Positions 28,206 to 32,000 of a DNA stretch of 32,000 nucleotides are shown piece after piece. How positions within the stretch are numbered: position 1 is the first letter of the stretch; each line of letters opens with the position of its first letter. The stretch comes from an uncultured Chloroflexia bacterium (GTDB lineage: Bacteria; Chloroflexota; Anaerolineae; Anaerolineales; UBA11858), in the NCBI GenBank assembly GCA_963783765.1, contig CAWAOV010000006.1, positions 402,136 to 434,135 of the forward strand. Direction: 5' to 3'. The translations under genes and the position numbers were made by a program. Under the pieces are notes generated by a model, which had not been told where the DNA came from, did no database searches, and saw only the letters and a list, made by a program, of their open reading frames with translations.

Positions 28206-28796
28206 ATGACAGAAGAATTTGATTCACTCCAACTCGAAAATGAAGAAAACCGCCCGGAAAAACCTAATCTATTGGGTGTGCTGGTTGATATTCTTGAAAC
28301 CTTATTGCTTTCAGTAGTTCTTTTTTTCCTGATTAATGCTGTTTCTGCCAGGATCCGGATCGATGGATCCAGCATGGAACCCAATCTCCATCATGGTCAA
28401 TTTGTGATCGTCAGCAAGATCAACTACAAAATTGGAGAGCCAGAAAGAGGCGATGTGGTGGTATTTGACTTTCCCCGCAACATCACCGAGGAGTATATCA
28501 AGCGCGTGATTGGTTTACCAGGAGAGCAGGTCCAGGTAAAAGATGGCCAGGTGTATATTAATGGTCAATTACTTTCTGAACCTTATTTGATGGTGGATCC
28601 GCAGTACGAAGGAGATTGGGTGGTTGACAAAAACACCCTGTTTGTATTGGGTGATAACCGGAACAACTCCTCTGACTCCCATAATTGGGGTATGGTTCCC
28701 ATGGAAAATATCGTCGGGGAAGCGCTGTTGATATATTGGCCGCCGGATTCCTGGGGATTAGTTAACGGGGCAAACCCGGTTTTGGCTTCAGAATGA
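28206..28796 (+). CDS. lepB: signal peptidase I
   Basis: 196 aa; 'IDGSSMEPNLHHGQFVIVSKINY', 'YIKRVIGLPGEQV', 'FVLGDNRNNSSDSHNWGMVP'. Confidence 0.95.
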   Translation: MTEEFDSLQLENEENRPEKPNLLGVLVDILETLLLSVVLFFLINAVSARIRIDGSSMEPNLHHGQFVIVSKINYKIGEPERGDVVVFDFPRNITEEYIKRVIGLPGEQVQVKDGQVYINGQLLSEPYLMVDPQYEGDWVVDKNTLFVLGDNRNNSSDSHNWGMVPMENIVGEALLIYWPPDSWGLVNGANPVLASE

Positions 28797-28922
28797 TCAA
28801 ATGCCAGCCCGTATATTTCTGGGGCTGATTTAAGGGAAAACCCTTTACTGGTAGATAAAATAAAATAGCTCAGCCGGCGAGCAGTATCTGTTATCATTAG
28901 GAAGAAGAAACCGGACAGTTAA

Positions 28923-28949
28923 AACACCAAGCCCAGAGGGGTTGGTGTT
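28923..28949. other. hairpin downstream of lepB
   Basis: AACACCAA/TTGGTGTT 8-bp stem with 11-nt loop; no T-run, so termination is uncertain. Confidence 0.5.
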
Positions 28950-28993
28950 ATCTCAGTATTTATTGTGATAAGGTCTTTTTTTGGGAGTTTTGT

Positions 28994-29566
28994 ATGGCTA
29001 ATGGGGCACTTACTAAGCGCATTATCCCAATCCATGTGTTGACTGCCAGTTACCGGATTGCGGGTACGGTGAAGGTCAGTAACAGCGGATTAAGCGGTCT
29101 GATGACAGACCAAACCAGTCAGTTTATGACCATTATGGATGCCAGTCTTGGTCGTATCCATGACCCGGATTTCCTGGTTCAACGACTGCCTGACATCCGC
29201 CTGGTAAAAGACCAGATCCACAGCGCCAGCGTAAAACGGCGCCAGGATATCGGACCGAGAGGGATCATGCGCGCGGGTTATGAACATGTTAATGTGTTCC
29301 ATATCGCCATTACCGATTCCACTTTTGAATATGAAGGCTGCCTGGAATGGCCAGGGCGATTTGATTTTAAAGCCCTGATGTCTGGTGGGACCTGGGAATA
29401 CCTGCCTGTTTTTGACGGAACTGTACGTTCCATTATCTATCCCGAGATGGAGATTAAAAGCGAAGCCATGTTAATCAACCGTAAACACATCGCTACTTTT
29501 ACTCATGCCTTGAAGAAAGCGGATGAAGACTCTTCACTGCCGGGAATTCCGCTAGGCTTGACCTGA
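28994..29566 (+). CDS. conserved hypothetical protein
   Basis: 190-aa ORF with consistent coding character; family not recognised. Confidence 0.7.
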   Translation: MANGALTKRIIPIHVLTASYRIAGTVKVSNSGLSGLMTDQTSQFMTIMDASLGRIHDPDFLVQRLPDIRLVKDQIHSASVKRRQDIGPRGIMRAGYEHVNVFHIAITDSTFEYEGCLEWPGRFDFKALMSGGTWEYLPVFDGTVRSIIYPEMEIKSEAMLINRKHIATFTHALKKADEDSSLPGIPLGLT

Positions 29567-29616
29567 TTTAACGCTGATGGTAAAATTTTTGCCGTTGTCT
29601 TAATAAATCGTTTTTT

Positions 29617-29689
29617 GCCCCCATCGTCTAGGGGACCAGGACATAACCCTTTCAAGGTTAAGACCGGAGTTCGAATCTCCGTGGGGGCA
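29617..29689 (+). tRNA. tRNA-Glu (anticodon UUC)
   Basis: Acceptor GCCCCCA/TGGGGGC, anticodon stem TAACC/GGTTA with loop CTTTCAA, T arm CGGAGTTCGAATCTCCG, discriminator A; CCA not encoded. Confidence 0.96.
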
Positions 29690-29695
29690 CAGAAA

Positions 29696-29720
29696 AAAAT
29701 CCTCTGAAAAGAGGATTTTT
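29696..29720 (+). terminator. terminator of tRNA-Glu
   Basis: AAAATCCTCT-GAAA-AGAGGATTTTT. Confidence 0.9.
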
Positions 29721-29740
29721 GGTTTAAGGGAAATTGAGGT

Positions 29741-29799
29741 ACCTCCGCGGTCTCCCTCTAGGTCAGTCCCTGGTTTTTTGTGTATACGACCGCGGAGGT
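29741..29799. repeat. 12-bp perfect inverted repeat downstream of tRNA-Glu
   Basis: ACCTCCGCGGTC (29741-29752) and GACCGCGGAGGT (29788-29799). Confidence 0.85.
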
Positions 29800-30114
29800 C
29801 TTAACATGATTGAGGGGATCAGTAACATCCCAAAACTGATCAATTTACTGGCTTCTGTGTTCCAGTAGGGGAAGACCGCCCCCGTGAGCCTGCCCTTAGT
29901 GTGGAATCTCACTGTGTCAGGATGCCCCTACCAGTACCGAGATAGAGCCAGGTATATAGTACTGGAAGCACGATCGTCCACAAAACATTTTCCCAGACAG
30001 GGAAGACTATCTGGACAGTCCCTGATTATCTAAAAATGAAGAATATAAATAATGACCGGACTATGACTTTTATCCCAAAAGAGAGGAGATCATAGTGAAA
30101 AATACTGAAAAAAC

Positions 30115-30163
30115 TTGACAAACGGATTAAAAATATGTTACGATGTAATCGATTACATATAAT
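30115..30163 (+). promoter_or_regulatory. promoter with LacI-family-type palindromic operator
   Basis: TTGACA (30115-30120), 18 nt, TACGAT (30139-30144); alternative TATAAT 30158-30163; perfect palindrome ATGTAATCGATTACAT at 30143-30158. Confidence 0.75.
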
Positions 30164-30403
30164 GTGGTAATTCACTGGTCCCTATGATTGCCTGAAGGTG
30201 TAACCGAATAATGATTATTCCTCCATCTGCATATTTTCTAAAATGGCTTAGACTGGGTCAGGAGTGGTGTGGTCATTGAGTGTTCATATTTTATATGAGC
30301 GCTCTTTTTTTATCTCATAAATCAGGAAATCAAATCAATTAAAGGAGGTATTGCTGCCAAAAAATCGTATTCTCAACTGTACCCATGATTAGTATAAGGA
30401 GTA

Positions 30404-31651
30404 ATGAAGATGGCAAAAAAAGTATTTATTTTAATCCTCGTTGTTATGCTTCTCACGGCCTGCGCTCCAAAAACCGTTGAAGTGATCAAAGAGGTAGAAG
30501 TGCCAGTAGAAGTGGAAGTTGAAAAGGAAGTCATTGTCGAAGTGGACAAATCGCCCATTTCCGTGACCATCCCCTGGACGGGAGACGCGATGGAGCTCTT
30601 CCTGCCTGTCGTAGAAGCCTTTGAAGCCGAAACTGGTATTGAAGTCACAGTTCTCCCTTATAAGACTGCTGATCTTGGCCCGCTCCTGCCAGCCCAGTTT
30701 ATGGCTGAGGAACCCATGGCCGATGTATTCATCATGTCCTGGCCCTGGTGGATTGAACAGAACACCGAACACCTTTTAGATCTAACTGATATAGCGGCCG
30801 ATGTAGATTGGCTTGGCAACCCGGTTGTTGTTGAAGGAAAAACCTACGGTATTCCTACCTATCTGTGGGTAAAAGGCGGATTCTGGTATTTTCAATCAGT
30901 TTTCGATGCCAATGGTCTAGAAAAACCTGAAACATGGGATGAATTTAATGCCCTTTTGGTTGATCTGACTGAAGTCGAAGGTATTGTTACTCCACTTTCC
31001 TCCCCCTTTGATTATCCATTGGCAGATATCGTAGAACACTTTATGCAAGCAGTGGGTGGTCCAGAAATGATCCAGGGCATTATCGATGGATCCGTCAAAT
31101 GGACAGATCCTGAGGTAAAGGCAGTATTCACCGATTACCTGATCCCCCTGTTGGATGAAGGCTACTTCGATGATCCTGTAAACAGAGGCACAGCAGGAGA
31201 ACTCTGGATTGAAGGAGATTATGCCTTACACTATTATGGGAACTGGATTCAGGATAAAGTTGAGGATCCTGCTGATTTACGGATCCTGCCTGTTCCGGGA
31301 TCTACAGCCATAGTCAGTGGTACCGACTGGATGTTCATTCCGAAATACACTAACCGGATAGATGATGCCAAAACTTTCATCGAGTTTGTGATCAGCGAAG
31401 CTGGTATGAAGCTCCGACTTGAACAGGGTGGTTTATTATCCAGCCGAGCAGATATTTCTCTTGATGTCTATCCCCCCAATGAAAAAGCGCTGGCAGAAAC
31501 AGTGAATACATTCACTGTGCTGCCTGACCTGGATGACACCATTGGTGGTGAATGGCAGAGCACTTTCTGGGATCAGATCGCGTTGTTATGGGTAGACACT
31601 TCTGCCCTTGATGAAGTTCTGACAACCCTCCAGGAAAAGATGCCTGAGTAG
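30404..31651 (+). CDS. sugar ABC transporter substrate-binding lipoprotein (family 1)
   Basis: 415 aa; lipobox 'VVMLLTACAPK', Glu/Val-rich linker, 'FEAETGIEVTVLPYKTADLGPLLPAQFMAEEPMADVFIMSWP', 'IPTYLWVKGGFWYFQSVFDANGLEKPETWDEF'. Confidence 0.9.
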   Translation: MKMAKKVFILILVVMLLTACAPKTVEVIKEVEVPVEVEVEKEVIVEVDKSPISVTIPWTGDAMELFLPVVEAFEAETGIEVTVLPYKTADLGPLLPAQFMAEEPMADVFIMSWPWWIEQNTEHLLDLTDIAADVDWLGNPVVVEGKTYGIPTYLWVKGGFWYFQSVFDANGLEKPETWDEFNALLVDLTEVEGIVTPLSSPFDYPLADIVEHFMQAVGGPEMIQGIIDGSVKWTDPEVKAVFTDYLIPLLDEGYFDDPVNRGTAGELWIEGDYALHYYGNWIQDKVEDPADLRILPVPGSTAIVSGTDWMFIPKYTNRIDDAKTFIEFVISEAGMKLRLEQGGLLSSRADISLDVYPPNEKALAETVNTFTVLPDLDDTIGGEWQSTFWDQIALLWVDTSALDEVLTTLQEKMPE

Positions 31652-31664
31652 TTAGTCTTTGATA

Positions 31665-31704
31665 ATGTTCCTCGCAGCTCGAAAATTCGAGCTGCGAGGA
31701 ACAT
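31665..31704. terminator. long perfect intercistronic hairpin after the sugar SBP gene
   Basis: 19-bp complementary arms ATGTTCCTCGCAGCTCGAA/TTCGAGCTGCGAGGAACAT. Confidence 0.8.
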
Positions 31705-31880
31705 TTCTGTCAGATTCGGTAAAATAATTTTTAATAATTAAGCTGATATACCAATGTTTGTTTAGATTGGTAGAAGAACCGTAATTATTTCCAAAATTTT
31801 GGAACTTATAATCTAAATAATTATCAGAGCAGTTTCAAATACATGCAAACGTGGATATCCTTTGAACTAAAGGGCAATGG

Positions 31881-32000
31881 ATGATCATGAAAAAAAGACT
31901 CAGTACATTTCTGGAAGTGGTTATTTTTATATTCCCGGCATTGATCCTGCTGTTGATCTTTGTGGTTATTCCGGCAATAAAAACCCTCTCTCTGGCATTT
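31881..32000 (+). CDS. sugar ABC transporter permease, 5' part (truncated by window end)
   Basis: M(IM)KKRLSTFLEVVIFIFPALILLLIFVVIPAIKTLSLAF, a typical MalF/UgpA-like first TM helix; ATG at 31881 or 31887. Confidence 0.8.
   Translation, partial: MIMKKRLSTFLEVVIFIFPALILLLIFVVIPAIKTLSLAF

Noticed and set aside
29741-30110. Insertion sequence or integrase remnant after tRNA-Glu
   Set aside because: No transposase or integrase-like ORF on either strand and no duplicated tRNA 3' end seen in the window; retained only as an unexplained structured region.
1-32000. CRISPR array, toxin-antitoxin or phage-defence cassette
   Set aside because: No regularly spaced direct repeats and no recognisable cas, restriction, retron, CBASS or TA genes. 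cdaA is a housekeeping c-di-AMP synthase in its usual cdaA-ybbR context, not a defence cyclase.

Overview
This window looks like a Chloroflexota (Anaerolineae-like) chromosome segment; that taxonomic guess is inference from protein character. Left to right it carries: recO; a putative lipoprotein; convergent OsmC and TlpA-like redoxin genes; a carbonyl-branch Wood-Ljungdahl operon (small HMA-like protein, cooS/acsA, an in-frame acsB::acsD fusion, acsC, a RACo/AcsV-type activator, acsE); malic enzyme; a peptide ABC transporter operon (SBP, DppB, DppC, DppD, DppF) followed by a dipeptide epimerase; coaE with an extra C-terminal GNAT-like domain; cdaA, a YbbR/CdaR-like gene, der and lepB; a hypothetical gene; tRNA-Glu(UUC); an unexplained hairpin-rich intergenic region; and the start of a sugar ABC transporter operon behind a LacI-type operator. 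The most interesting items are (1) a 1200-aa single-ORF fusion of acetyl-CoA synthase with the corrinoid Fe-S protein small subunit, (2) a peptide-binding protein whose C-terminal segment precedes its N-terminal segment (apparent circular permutation), behind a signal peptide that is out of frame by one base at an 18-bp tandem repeat, (3) a DppC-like permease with about 105 extra hydrophobic residues, and (4) an HMA-like protein lacking the CxxC metal site, translationally overlapped with cooS. No CRISPR array, transposase or integrase was recognised. All family calls come from motif recall, not from database searches.
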